From a virus (Duplodnaviria; Caudoviricetes), in the IMG/VR virus record IMGVR_UViG_3300031953_000001: 64,000 bases of DNA; one strand, given 5' to 3'. The notes beneath the pieces were generated by a model. That model was not told the origin of the DNA and ran no database searches. It saw nothing but the letters and a program-made list of their open reading frames with translations. Positions 8,326-18,002 of the stretch are shown here, piece after piece. Position 1 is the stretch's first letter. Each line of letters starts with the position of its first letter. A program made the translations under genes and the position numbers.

Positions 8326-10896
8326 ATGTTAGATTATCTCGTGAAGCACGCGGTGGACAACGTCTGGTGTTCGCCCGAACAAGACCGACAAGTGATCATT
8401 CGCCCCAAGCGCCTGAGCCATCGCTTGGGCGCTCTGGGTCTTCAACAGGTGATGTGGGAGCGCATTAAGTTACCCACCCAAGGCGACTATTACCACGTCT
8501 TTCAGATCGGTCACGTGCACCCTATACTGCTAGGTCTTCATGGTGTCGATGACGATTGGGTTCGACTGGACAGCATCATCAATACCACCACCTTGATGGC
8601 GGAAGTGTATTTTGGTGACGGCGTGGTCTTACCCAGAACCGAAACCTGGATCAAGTACGATCGACATAAAAACTTGATTGTGGCCATTCCAGACACACGG
8701 ATCTTCAGGCGACTGCGAGACGACGGCATCTACTGCCGAGTTTACAGCAACGCCTACTTCGAATCCCATCGGGCCAACGCCACCACCGAAGGCACCTTCA
8801 TCGAAGGGTTAACCGTCAGTGCGGCCTCCGACGTCTTGACTTTGCAACAGAAGTATCATCTGGCTTTGGTTAAACCTGGAACCGCATACGCGTATCATAA
8901 CGGCTGGTTAGTCAACGATCTGAGACCCAGTCGCATCGCAGTGGGAGACAAGATAGAATACGTCTACGACAGTTCTATCTACCGCACCATCAACTTCCCT
9001 ATTTCAGAACTGGGGACCTTCGACAGTACCTTAGACCTCAAGCGCAAGTACCTATTGAATTACGCGCTGTTCGACAACGAACGTATCGATTTTGAAGACG
9101 ACGTCGATATCTATCTGGTCAAGCGGGATGAACAAGGTCGGGAACGGGGCATCTACTACCACCGCAATAAGAAAGACGCAATACGCATGTTGTCCCACAA
9201 AGACTATGCGATCCCAGTGTCCTACGTGGACGGCTTCCAGCAAGCCCACGAATCCGTGTGGTCCAACATGAACGATCTGTCGGTACGGGTGTACGTGCGC
9301 AAAGCCGGGTTTGATCGACCGTTGATTCAAGAACACCACCGGTTGTTTGAATTGTATCGGTTGGACGCTGAAAGTGTGAAGCGGGCTATGTTGGGGGTAG
9401 ACTCCACCGTCACTGTGTGGCAAGCGGCTGCCTTGGAGGCCAGTCCCTACGTAGCGCTGATGCGGGCCAAAGACACCGGTCTTAACTCCTTGTCGGTGCA
9501 AGAAGCCTACGGGTATAACGCCGTGTCGCGGTTGGTGGGGGATACTCCTCAAGCCGTGCGAGTCACTGCCAACGGACCCATGGTGGATCTGAAGCCCGGT
9601 CATTGGGAAGAGACCACCCTGTACGAGTACAGCGCTCAAGGGAAATTGTTGGGCTACTATTTTCACGCTTCAGGATTGGAATACGTCTGTCGACACCCAG
9701 AGACTGCTCTGGTAGAAGCTGTGGTTGGGGAGGTCTCTGAGTCCTTGGACATGACCTCCGGAGAACTCATGGTCTCAACCGACAAACGGTATAACTACCG
9801 AGCGTATCTGTGCACCCGCTTAGGTGATCAGTTATTGTGGGATTGGGTCGACGTCAGTAACTCCGAGATCCTGTCGGTGGGTGGTGGTACTCTCAATTTT
9901 ACAGTGGACTTGCAGACCGATTACCCAACGGTGATCAGCGACAAACGGTTCATCGGGTACCAAGTACCGGTACCGGTGGCCAACGGTGTCTTGACCTTGA
10001 CCGTCAGCAGCAACGAAACCCATTTGGGTGAAACGGTAAGACGCACCATGACCGTTCCGCCCAGAAGGTTGGATCTGTGGTTGAACGGTCATCCGCTGAT
10101 CGAGGGGTTGGATTACCACGTCGATTTCCCTGAGGTGGTGGTGGTCAATAAGCAATACTTGACCAACGCTGAAAATCAGTACCTCGACGTTCGATGTCAA
10201 GGGTTCTGTGCATCGGATATGAAAACAGAAGCCCCACGGGAGTCTGGGTTTGTAGAACACGGGTACCTGAGCAAAGACCGTCAGTACAACGTGCGGGATG
10301 ACAAGGTGGTGTCTTTCATTGTCGGGGGTAAGTTAACCTTGCGCTCGGAATTGGACTTTGCGGAAGACAACTCCGGTATCTCCGTGTCCCGGGTAGCCAA
10401 TGGAACGCCTTACGTCATACGTGAAACTATAGTACCCATGCGCGGTGAGACCTATTTGGACACCTACAACTTTCGGGCAAGATCCATAGCCGTTGACACG
10501 GAGATTGAGGCTTACCTGACGTTGAAGTACCCAGAGCCGGTAATCCCAGGGCCCAGTCCTATTCTTGAGCGTTATGCCGTCTACAGTCCGTTTTTAAGTC
10601 GAATCATCAACGACCTGCAAGAAGGTTACATTGATGAGAGTCGGTTAAAGACACCTTACTCCAACGCTGAGGTTTATGAGCTGGGACGTTACTACGAGTT
10701 CTTGTTGCCCTTTGATCCGGCGAATTTAGGCGTGGACGATCGGTACGTGGCCATACACCCACATCGGTTCTTAACGCCGGTGCCTTTGAGTATTTATCAA
10801 TACAACTTTGTTCAACGAATCAACGCGCTGTATTTTGACAACGCCATCTCGCTGAGCCAATTCATTGAAGTTCAACTCCCTCAGACGCAGGAGTAA
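8326..10896 (+). CDS. Virion structural protein (phiKZ gp27-like, probably baseplate-associated)
   Basis: 856 aa; N-terminus YLVKHAVDNVWCSPEQDRQ and synteny. Confidence 0.75.
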   Translation: MLDYLVKHAVDNVWCSPEQDRQVIIRPKRLSHRLGALGLQQVMWERIKLPTQGDYYHVFQIGHVHPILLGLHGVDDDWVRLDSIINTTTLMAEVYFGDGVVLPRTETWIKYDRHKNLIVAIPDTRIFRRLRDDGIYCRVYSNAYFESHRANATTEGTFIEGLTVSAASDVLTLQQKYHLALVKPGTAYAYHNGWLVNDLRPSRIAVGDKIEYVYDSSIYRTINFPISELGTFDSTLDLKRKYLLNYALFDNERIDFEDDVDIYLVKRDEQGRERGIYYHRNKKDAIRMLSHKDYAIPVSYVDGFQQAHESVWSNMNDLSVRVYVRKAGFDRPLIQEHHRLFELYRLDAESVKRAMLGVDSTVTVWQAAALEASPYVALMRAKDTGLNSLSVQEAYGYNAVSRLVGDTPQAVRVTANGPMVDLKPGHWEETTLYEYSAQGKLLGYYFHASGLEYVCRHPETALVEAVVGEVSESLDMTSGELMVSTDKRYNYRAYLCTRLGDQLLWDWVDVSNSEILSVGGGTLNFTVDLQTDYPTVISDKRFIGYQVPVPVANGVLTLTVSSNETHLGETVRRTMTVPPRRLDLWLNGHPLIEGLDYHVDFPEVVVVNKQYLTNAENQYLDVRCQGFCASDMKTEAPRESGFVEHGYLSKDRQYNVRDDKVVSFIVGGKLTLRSELDFAEDNSGISVSRVANGTPYVIRETIVPMRGETYLDTYNFRARSIAVDTEIEAYLTLKYPEPVIPGPSPILERYAVYSPFLSRIINDLQEGYIDESRLKTPYSNAEVYELGRYYEFLLPFDPANLGVDDRYVAIHPHRFLTPVPLSIYQYNFVQRINALYFDNAISLSQFIEVQLPQTQE

Positions 10897-10899
10897 ATC

Positions 10900-12564
10900 A
10901 TGGCTGAAAGTACGCTGGTACCCATCGCCGACCCCAACCGTGGGTTTAAGGTCTGGTACATCGACGAGGTCTACGCGGGTGAAACCGGCACGGGTCGTTA
11001 TGTACCCAACGAACGAGATCTGGTGATCTCATACATCGACGGGTGGCTTCGAGTCATCAATGTGGATTACACCACAGGACTGAGTGAACTGCAACCGTTG
11101 GACTTCGCCGACACCGGAGGCGCTGATGTCGTCACTGATCGGTTGCTGGGCGCCGGACCTGGCCGCATCAGCGAGTCGTTTCGAGTGTTCTTGGACACCT
11201 CGGTGGTACCGCACACACTGGCGTTCGACGCGCGGATGAAAGTCCACGGCACCACCGTAAAGTACCTCAAGTTGTTTCGAGGCACTAAGATTGAAAACGG
11301 TGAAGTCGTCTCACGGCAATACAACCAACAAGGCGATCTGCTGGGGGAATCGATTCCTTTGGAGTTGGTGCAAGTTGCGGGGGCAGAGAACCTGGCCATT
11401 AAAACCCCTAAGGTAGGTCATTGTGCGGTGTCTTTACCTGATGGAGAAACGGTCACTGCGGTGATGTACGACGACATGGGTGGGGTGAGGTACACCGCTG
11501 TGTTGTTGATCAAGAACACCGGGTGGATTCGCAGTCTGAACACCGCGGTTAAGTACGTCACCAGCATCGAATTGGAATCGCCGTTCTTGTCAGCGGCAGA
11601 CGACCGGCTGCTTGAGTGTCCGGTTAACATTCCGGTAGGAGCCATCACACGTCGGGGGGTAGTGAACTACTCAGACGGTTCAAAGAAGACCTTGCCGATC
11701 GACGGCACCAAGTTTGCACTCTTTGGGTTGCAGCGCTTTGTGTCTACCATCCTGGGTCAGAAACAACCGTTGACGTTGATCTATTACCTGTCTCCGGATG
11801 AGGTGTCTTACGGATCGGTTCCAGGCGATACCATGCACCTGACCGAGAGTTACCTGGCCACCACGATCAAGGTCGATGGGGCGTACAGCGTTAAGTTGTT
11901 CACCTACCCGGCTTGGATCGACGCCATCAACGGCTACCGACTGACGCACTTCCTGTACAACTTGGAACGGGACGAGGTCTTTGAGGTAACGGCCTTGGTG
12001 GAACTGGCAGCCAATTCTCCAGCGTTCAATCCGTTGGCGTACGGGGTCAGTCAAGACATCACGTTTGCGTTGGATCTGTCCAAGGTCTCCAGTCGGTTCA
12101 AGAACTACCGACATCTACAGACCACGCGGATTTCGTTGTTAAGGCCCGGCCTTGATGACAACACCAACTGGACAGTGAACTACGACAACACGCTGCCGGC
12201 TTACGGCGTCAGTGACGAGGGTGCAGGACTTAAGGCGGAGGTTGAGTTCATCAACTCCAATCTGTGGTACCTGAGCATCGACAACGGCTTTGGCAGTGTC
12301 GAGCACTGGTTGCGTGAAGTCTATGAGAAGACGCTGCCTCTGTACGACCAAACCGCTGAGGACAAAGCACCGACGCCCAACTATTTCCGGCTGATCGCAG
12401 GGGCGTACACCATGGAAGCCCCGGTGAGCATGTGGAACCACAAGTTCACGGTCAACAACCTCTTGGATTCGGGTGAGAACGTTTACCTGCAATTCTTCCG
12501 GCGCAACTCACAAACCGATCTACAACTAAGCACTGCGGCGCTGATCATGCGTCAAACCAACTGA
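10900..12564 (+). CDS. Virion structural protein (phiKZ gp26-like, probably baseplate-associated)
   Basis: 554 aa; WYIDEVYAG..GTGRYVPN motif and synteny upstream of the terminase. Confidence 0.75.
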   Translation: MAESTLVPIADPNRGFKVWYIDEVYAGETGTGRYVPNERDLVISYIDGWLRVINVDYTTGLSELQPLDFADTGGADVVTDRLLGAGPGRISESFRVFLDTSVVPHTLAFDARMKVHGTTVKYLKLFRGTKIENGEVVSRQYNQQGDLLGESIPLELVQVAGAENLAIKTPKVGHCAVSLPDGETVTAVMYDDMGGVRYTAVLLIKNTGWIRSLNTAVKYVTSIELESPFLSAADDRLLECPVNIPVGAITRRGVVNYSDGSKKTLPIDGTKFALFGLQRFVSTILGQKQPLTLIYYLSPDEVSYGSVPGDTMHLTESYLATTIKVDGAYSVKLFTYPAWIDAINGYRLTHFLYNLERDEVFEVTALVELAANSPAFNPLAYGVSQDITFALDLSKVSSRFKNYRHLQTTRISLLRPGLDDNTNWTVNYDNTLPAYGVSDEGAGLKAEVEFINSNLWYLSIDNGFGSVEHWLREVYEKTLPLYDQTAEDKAPTPNYFRLIAGAYTMEAPVSMWNHKFTVNNLLDSGENVYLQFFRRNSQTDLQLSTAALIMRQTN

Positions 12565-12568
12565 TCAA

Positions 12569-12590
12569 AGGGGGAGGTTCGCCTCCCCCT
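12569..12590 (+). terminator. Terminator-like hairpin (weak U-tract)
   Basis: AGGGGGAGG-ttcg-CCTCCCCCT followed by GTGTTT. Confidence 0.55.
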
Positions 12591-12632
12591 GTGTTTGGCT
12601 TGGGGGTGGCGCAGTCTACAGGACATTGATGT

Positions 12633-12656
12633 ATGGTGGTCTTCAAGAACGACTAA
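12633..12656 (+). pseudogene. Orphaned original 5' end of the terminase gene (mini-ORF MVVFKND*)
   Basis: ATG GTG GTC TTC AAG AAC GAC TAA with AGGA 9 nt upstream; parallels the present terminase start (M)IIFKSSW. Confidence 0.55.
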
Positions 12657-12699
12657 GTTGTCTAACCTAGTGCTATTAGTATAGTCAAATAAACATCGT

Positions 12700-13944
12700 G
12701 TGGTGTTAACTATGCTAATTGAAAGCAAGAAGTATCGTGGGTTTTTTGATGTGCCGGGGGCACCGGGATACCTAGTAAACCGAAGTGGCGAATTCATCCT
12801 CGCGATAGATGGCAGTAAAATCAACGTCGGTAGCCGAAAGGTGGGTGTTTTAACAGTAAACTTTAAAATAAATGGGCGTTGGATTAAGCGTAGCGTAGCG
12901 AGAATAATTGCAAAGCTGTTCGTTGATGTACCGACTGAGTTATCTAACCAACGAGACACTCTACTGATCGACTACGTGGATGGAGACCGGTGGAACGTTG
13001 CAGTAGATAACCTTATATGGGTGACGTCGTCTGAACTTCAAAAGGTAGCTTTCAAACGGAAGATAGAACGTTTTCGCCAACAACACCCCGGATCTATTGC
13101 GGATGGCAAGAACGATAGATATCCGTATGCAATTGAGTGCTTCACGTTACCTGGATACTACTACTTACCGAATTTAAGTAATCCGGTAGTAATATCTAAG
13201 TTAGGACAAATTGTCAATCTGGAAACCGGAGCTGAACATCATACCAGAGTAGATAAGAAAGGATACCTTACCACCGCATTATACAACCAAGATCAAGGCA
13301 GATATATACAGGTTAAGGTTCATAGATTGGTTGCTAGGTTGTTCTCTCCTATTCCGCCTCGACATTCCGAGAGGGCCTACGATGATCTACAGGTTAATCA
13401 TCTGGATGGAGATAAACTAAACAACTACTATGAAAACCTAGAGTGGGTGACTAACGTTGAGAATATGGACCATGCTAGGAAGGCAGGGCTGTTCAGTAAT
13501 GAAATCACGGTATTGGCTAAAAATATCCAAACGGAAGAGATATCTAGATACGTATCGATTTCTGAGTGTGCTAGAACGTTCTTAATGTCCGCTAGTGTAT
13601 TATGCAAACATCTTAAATCATCGTCGGCGGGTATGATCCCTAAAGAAAGCCATGTTTTCAAACTTGACGATGATTCTCCATGGCCAAACTCGATAGCTGA
13701 AGTAGATACGGAAAACGGGTTCTATGCCAAATGCGACGTTGTGGCAAAAAACCTAAATACTGGTAAGTCGGTTATTTGCAGCAATTTAGCGCATGGCTGC
13801 AGGATATTGGGTTTAAATAAGTATACTGTCATGAACATTAGATCCCGTCAAGGAGTAGACTGGCCGGTTAAAGGTTGGGTATTTGTGTCGGTAGCCGAAT
13901 TCAAACGAACAAAGGGGACGTACGTTGATAATCTTCAAATCTAG
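12700..13944 (+). CDS. Free-standing HNH homing endonuclease (tandem HNH modules, first degenerate)
   Basis: Intact HRLVA...QVNHLDGDKLNNYYENLEWVT and degenerate IDYVDGDRWNVAVDNLIWVT; visibly more AT-rich than flanks; overlaps the terminase start by 20 nt; no group I core seen. The start may be the ATG at 12712. Confidence 0.85.
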   Translation: MVLTMLIESKKYRGFFDVPGAPGYLVNRSGEFILAIDGSKINVGSRKVGVLTVNFKINGRWIKRSVARIIAKLFVDVPTELSNQRDTLLIDYVDGDRWNVAVDNLIWVTSSELQKVAFKRKIERFRQQHPGSIADGKNDRYPYAIECFTLPGYYYLPNLSNPVVISKLGQIVNLETGAEHHTRVDKKGYLTTALYNQDQGRYIQVKVHRLVARLFSPIPPRHSERAYDDLQVNHLDGDKLNNYYENLEWVTNVENMDHARKAGLFSNEITVLAKNIQTEEISRYVSISECARTFLMSASVLCKHLKSSSAGMIPKESHVFKLDDDSPWPNSIAEVDTENGFYAKCDVVAKNLNTGKSVICSNLAHGCRILGLNKYTVMNIRSRQGVDWPVKGWVFVSVAEFKRTKGTYVDNLQI

Positions 13945-16072
13945 TTGGCGAAAATACCCTCGGGCGATTATCGATAGCAAAACACCAAACACCACCTTTT
14001 TGCGCTTGGCCTCGGTCTATCGCGCTATGGGTGTGGATCATTATTACTTTCACTTGGCGTTACTTCAACCTGAGCTTCAGGGGATAGACCCTCACAATGA
14101 AGACGCGTTGACGCTTGAGCAGAAAGCCATGATTTTGTACGAGTGCGATAACAACCCTTGGTATTACCTGAGGGAGATCGTGCTCGATAAAGGCGCAGGT
14201 TTGGAAATCGACGACTGTCGCTTTCGAGCCAATCGCTCTAACATTGCGGCTATGTGGTTGTTGCTGTCGTGTGTTGACTACATTCAAATACAACCACGGC
14301 AGACCGGTAAGTCCTTTGGTACCGACTGCAACTCTTTGTGGTTGATGTATTTTTGTTATCGCAACACGGCACTGAACCTGATCACTAAAGATGAGTCTTT
14401 GCGCAAATCCAACATCGCTCGGTTGAAGAAACTCCGGGATATGTGGCCAGACTTCATTAACCGCAATACGTCCAAAGACGACAACAACCAGATCTCCTTG
14501 TCGTGCAACATGTTGGAGAACAAATACTACACCCACGTCTCCCAAAGTTCTGAGAAAGCCGCGAACAATCTGGGTCGGGGGATGACCAGTCCGTTTATCC
14601 ACGTGGATGAGGGTCCGTTCATCAACCACATAGAGACCACGGTCAGCGCGGCTATGGGTTCGACCAACATGGCGCGGGAGATTGCCAAGCGCAAAGGCAA
14701 GCCGTATTGCACAGTGTTCACCACCACAGCCGGCAACCAAGAAGACCGGGATGGGCGTTACGTCTTTAACATGATGGCAGGGTCGGCAATCTGGACCGAG
14801 CGTTTCTTTGACTGTGTGAACCGAGAGGAGCTGGTGGGTTACATCAAAACCAACTCCGATGGGCGGGCCACCATGGTGAACCTGACCATGTCGCATCGTC
14901 AGTTGGGGTTGTCCGATCAGTGGTTGTACGAGGCCTTGGCCAACGCGCGCTCGGAAAGCGACAACATCGACCGAGATTACTTCAACCGTTGGACCAACAG
15001 CTCATCGACCTCCTTGATTCCAGAACACCTAGCTAAGGCCATGCGGCAATCGGAGAAAGAACCCGTCAGCAGTTGGATCTCCTCGGAGAATTACATCTTT
15101 CGCTGGTACACCGAAGTCGATGCGAGTCGCCATTACGTGTTGGTGGTGGATACCTCCGATGCGATCGGACGAGACGACATTGGTGTGGTGTTGTTGGATT
15201 CGCACACAGGCGCTGTGGCCGGTGCCGCGGCGTTCAACGAGACCAACCTCATTCGGTTTGCCCAGTGGTTGAAAGAGTTCTTGTTGAAGTATCGCAACAG
15301 CACCATGGTGATCGAGCGACGTTACAACGCACAAACCATCATCGACTACCTATTGTTAAAACTGCCAGAAGCGGGGGAAGACCCCTTTAAGCGGCTGTTT
15401 AACCAAGTGGTGCAAAAACGCGAAGAGCGGCAGAAGGATTTTGATCGGGTCATGGGTCCTGGTCTTAACCGCCCTAGAAACATGTACGATCAATACCGTC
15501 GAGACTTCGGGTTTGTGACCGATTCGGAAAGTCGGAAGTTGTTGTACTCCAACGTGTTGATGAACGCGGCTAAAGATGCAGGGGACCGTGTCAACGACAA
15601 GCAGTTGATTCAACAGGTGCTGTCTTTGGTCATTAAGAACAACCGGATAGACCACACCTCCGGTGGACACGATGACATGGTCATTGCGTGGTTGATTGGG
15701 CATTGGTTCTTAAACCACGGCATCAATCTGGCGGCCTATGGGTTGAACCCAGCAAGCGTCATGACCGACCGGGCTCGAGGGGGTAAAGAACTCACTCCCA
15801 CGGAGGAGTATGAGCATCAAGAGCAAAAGGCATTAATGAGTCACATTGAATCCATCCATGAGCAGTTGAAGGTGGTCAGTGGACGAATGGACATTCTTAG
15901 ACTAGAGGGGGAGATGACCGCAGCCATGTCTCGACTTAAGAGCGACGATTCAGACGGTGTGACTTTGGATGCTCTTTTACAAGAAGCCAAGGACACCCGC
16001 GATCGACGTTTGTATGGGCGCCAAGGTGCCCCTAATCGAACTCGGATGCTGTTGGAACGTTATGGACGTTAA
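13925..16072 (+). CDS. terL: Terminase large subunit (phiKZ gp25-like)
   Basis: Walker A QPRQTGKS, Walker B IHVDEG, nuclease motifs VVDTSDAIGRD and HDDMVIAW; TTG start with AAAGGGGA SD inside the HNH gene. Confidence 0.92.
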   Translation: MIIFKSSWRKYPRAIIDSKTPNTTFLRLASVYRAMGVDHYYFHLALLQPELQGIDPHNEDALTLEQKAMILYECDNNPWYYLREIVLDKGAGLEIDDCRFRANRSNIAAMWLLLSCVDYIQIQPRQTGKSFGTDCNSLWLMYFCYRNTALNLITKDESLRKSNIARLKKLRDMWPDFINRNTSKDDNNQISLSCNMLENKYYTHVSQSSEKAANNLGRGMTSPFIHVDEGPFINHIETTVSAAMGSTNMAREIAKRKGKPYCTVFTTTAGNQEDRDGRYVFNMMAGSAIWTERFFDCVNREELVGYIKTNSDGRATMVNLTMSHRQLGLSDQWLYEALANARSESDNIDRDYFNRWTNSSSTSLIPEHLAKAMRQSEKEPVSSWISSENYIFRWYTEVDASRHYVLVVDTSDAIGRDDIGVVLLDSHTGAVAGAAAFNETNLIRFAQWLKEFLLKYRNSTMVIERRYNAQTIIDYLLLKLPEAGEDPFKRLFNQVVQKREERQKDFDRVMGPGLNRPRNMYDQYRRDFGFVTDSESRKLLYSNVLMNAAKDAGDRVNDKQLIQQVLSLVIKNNRIDHTSGGHDDMVIAWLIGHWFLNHGINLAAYGLNPASVMTDRARGGKELTPTEEYEHQEQKALMSHIESIHEQLKVVSGRMDILRLEGEMTAAMSRLKSDDSDGVTLDALLQEAKDTRDRRLYGRQGAPNRTRMLLERYGR

Positions 16073-16487
16073 TGTTTGGAGACTTAAAGGTAAGAGCCAC
16101 TGCCGTCGGTGGTGGTCGTTGTGGTTGAGGCGACTTGCTACGACGATGTCCAGTACCGTGTGGACCGATCACTACCGCCGGCCAGGAAGTACGGTAGGGG
16201 CACCTTACCCATTACACGTGGAAGTGCAGTGCGTTCAGCTCAATTACGAGTTTGGCAAACAGATGGGACTTCGGTTGGCAGTGAAGATGACAGCACTGAT
16301 CGTCATTGAACACTACCTTACTGAGGATCTACGTCCACGTCAGTCAATCAACCGATACTACGGCCTCACTCGGTCTCAATTACTCAAGGTGTTGCGTCAC
16401 GAGTTGCCGTGGGTGGATGGGTTGCCTAATGGCGCGGCAGGCGAAGACCGTCAGTACGATCGCCGCCCTCCTAGAGATGTTGCTTAA
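16062..16487 (+). CDS. Hypothetical protein (start uncertain)
   Basis: C-terminal part of track ORF 15969..16487 fills the gap between terL and the HDOD gene. Confidence 0.4.
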   Translation: MDVNVWRLKGKSHCRRWWSLWLRRLATTMSSTVWTDHYRRPGSTVGAPYPLHVEVQCVQLNYEFGKQMGLRLAVKMTALIVIEHYLTEDLRPRQSINRYYGLTRSQLLKVLRHELPWVDGLPNGAAGEDRQYDRRPPRDVA

Positions 16488-16519
16488 TTCAATCCATCAG
16501 TACGTTAAAGGAATACCGA

Positions 16520-17953
16520 ATGAGTCGTTTCACATCGTTCTTTAAACCCAAGCGACTTTCAAAACAAGTCGCCGAAACGATCGCCCCTCCAACGCGAGCT
16601 CCAATCGACGTTCCGCTACCTTTAAGACGGTACTTTGAGGCATCGACCTACATCCCAGTGTATTTAAGCGACGACGTCTTACACCCGGTGGTGAAGATGG
16701 TGCAACTCACGTGTGAGGACGGTCCCGGGCAGGTGGTGTTTCGAGAAGACAGTTTGTTGGATCTGGATTTGCTCCAGAGACACAGTGGCAAACGGTTTCA
16801 TCGCATGGATCGGAGTCAGTATCGTCAGGTGTTGGGTGAGGTGGGGGTGAACCTGATCCCACCCATGCCAAGACTGACCTGTGCCTGTACCTGGGTAGAC
16901 TACAGAGTCGATGACTTAGATAGCGCTTTGGTGGATCTTACAGGGCAACGAGAGTACGCGGTGGTTTCTAAAGTCATGTTGATGGATTGGCTGAAAGATA
17001 ACCCTAGGGTAGATATCGCCATGTCCATGTTACAATTGAACTCTGATGACGGCTCTATACAAAACGACACCGATTGCATCAACGGGGCGATTCGTAAACT
17101 GACCAAGCTGCGCATAGAACGGCGCCTGGTGGACACTTTGGAATTGCCTCCGTTGCCCGACATCGCTCGTCGATTGATCGAGTTACGCAGCAACCCTCAA
17201 GGCAACCTCATGGATCTGGTGGAGGCGATTGAAAGCGATCCTATTCTATCAGCGAACGTGCTTCGTTGGGCTAACTCGTCACTCTATGCGACGACAGTCA
17301 AGGTCGAGTCCGTAACCGACGCTGTGGGACGAGTGTTAGGGTATGACATGACCATGAACTTAATGATGGGTCTGGTGTTAGGTCGAGTGATGGACGTCCC
17401 TGACCATACCCCTACGCATGTGTTGGGGTTTTGGGAACAGTCGATCTGGGTGGCACACGGCGCGCGCGCGGTGAGTAAACTCTTACCCTCAGACCGTCAC
17501 GTCCCGCACGGCTTGGCGTATTTAACCGGGTTGTTGCATAATTTTGGGTACTTGATTCTTAACCACGCGTTTCCACCGCATTTCCGTTTGATCACCGAGT
17601 CAACTGACATCAACCGACACATAGACGTCAGTTTGGTGGATGCGCACATCCTAGGCATCACTCGAGAGCAGATAGGTGCGGAGTTGTTGCGCAACTGGAT
17701 GATCGGTGAGGATGTGGTGACTGGGGTACGTTATCACAAGCGTATTGAGTACACACATGAGGCGACTTACGCCAATCTGATTTACTTGACTCGGGGAGTG
17801 TTGATGAAACACGGGGTTCTGTTGGGGGCTAGATACACCGTTCCTCTGGCTTTATATACTTACTTAGGTCTATCGCCTGAAGCCGTAGACGATTGCATAG
17901 TGGCTTTGTTGGAACACAAAGACGAGATTTTAGGTATGGCACATCGGGTGTGA
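16520..17953 (+). CDS. YbaK-like + HDOD domain protein (SadB-like, host-derived)
   Basis: HDOD motifs LPPLP, ESDPILSANVLRWANSSLY and YLTGLLHNFGYLIL..FPPHF; N-terminal region resembles the YbaK-like domain of Pseudomonas SadB-type proteins; 477 aa. Confidence 0.8.
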   Translation: MSRFTSFFKPKRLSKQVAETIAPPTRAPIDVPLPLRRYFEASTYIPVYLSDDVLHPVVKMVQLTCEDGPGQVVFREDSLLDLDLLQRHSGKRFHRMDRSQYRQVLGEVGVNLIPPMPRLTCACTWVDYRVDDLDSALVDLTGQREYAVVSKVMLMDWLKDNPRVDIAMSMLQLNSDDGSIQNDTDCINGAIRKLTKLRIERRLVDTLELPPLPDIARRLIELRSNPQGNLMDLVEAIESDPILSANVLRWANSSLYATTVKVESVTDAVGRVLGYDMTMNLMMGLVLGRVMDVPDHTPTHVLGFWEQSIWVAHGARAVSKLLPSDRHVPHGLAYLTGLLHNFGYLILNHAFPPHFRLITESTDINRHIDVSLVDAHILGITREQIGAELLRNWMIGEDVVTGVRYHKRIEYTHEATYANLIYLTRGVLMKHGVLLGARYTVPLALYTYLGLSPEAVDDCIVALLEHKDEILGMAHRV

Positions 17954-17955
17954 CG

Positions 17956-17988
17956 GCATAGGGGAGGGCTTTCGCCCTCCCCATATGC
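17956..17988. terminator. Bidirectional terminator-like hairpin between convergent genes
   Basis: GCATA-GGGGAGGGC-tttc-GCCCTCCCC-a-TATGC. Confidence 0.65.
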
Positions 17989-18002
17989 TGTCTGTGAGCG
18001 CC

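Noticed and set aside
12657-13946. Group I intron in terL
   Set aside because: No P/Q/R/S core (only ~45 nt of non-coding sequence before the HNH and none after), and the in-frame junction would not end in G.
14060-14896. Long antisense ORFs (for example 14060..14896, 34058..34723, 39783..40412, 50969..51670, 5788..6387)
   Set aside because: They are shadows of well-supported genes on the opposite strand, with no SD or recognisable motifs.
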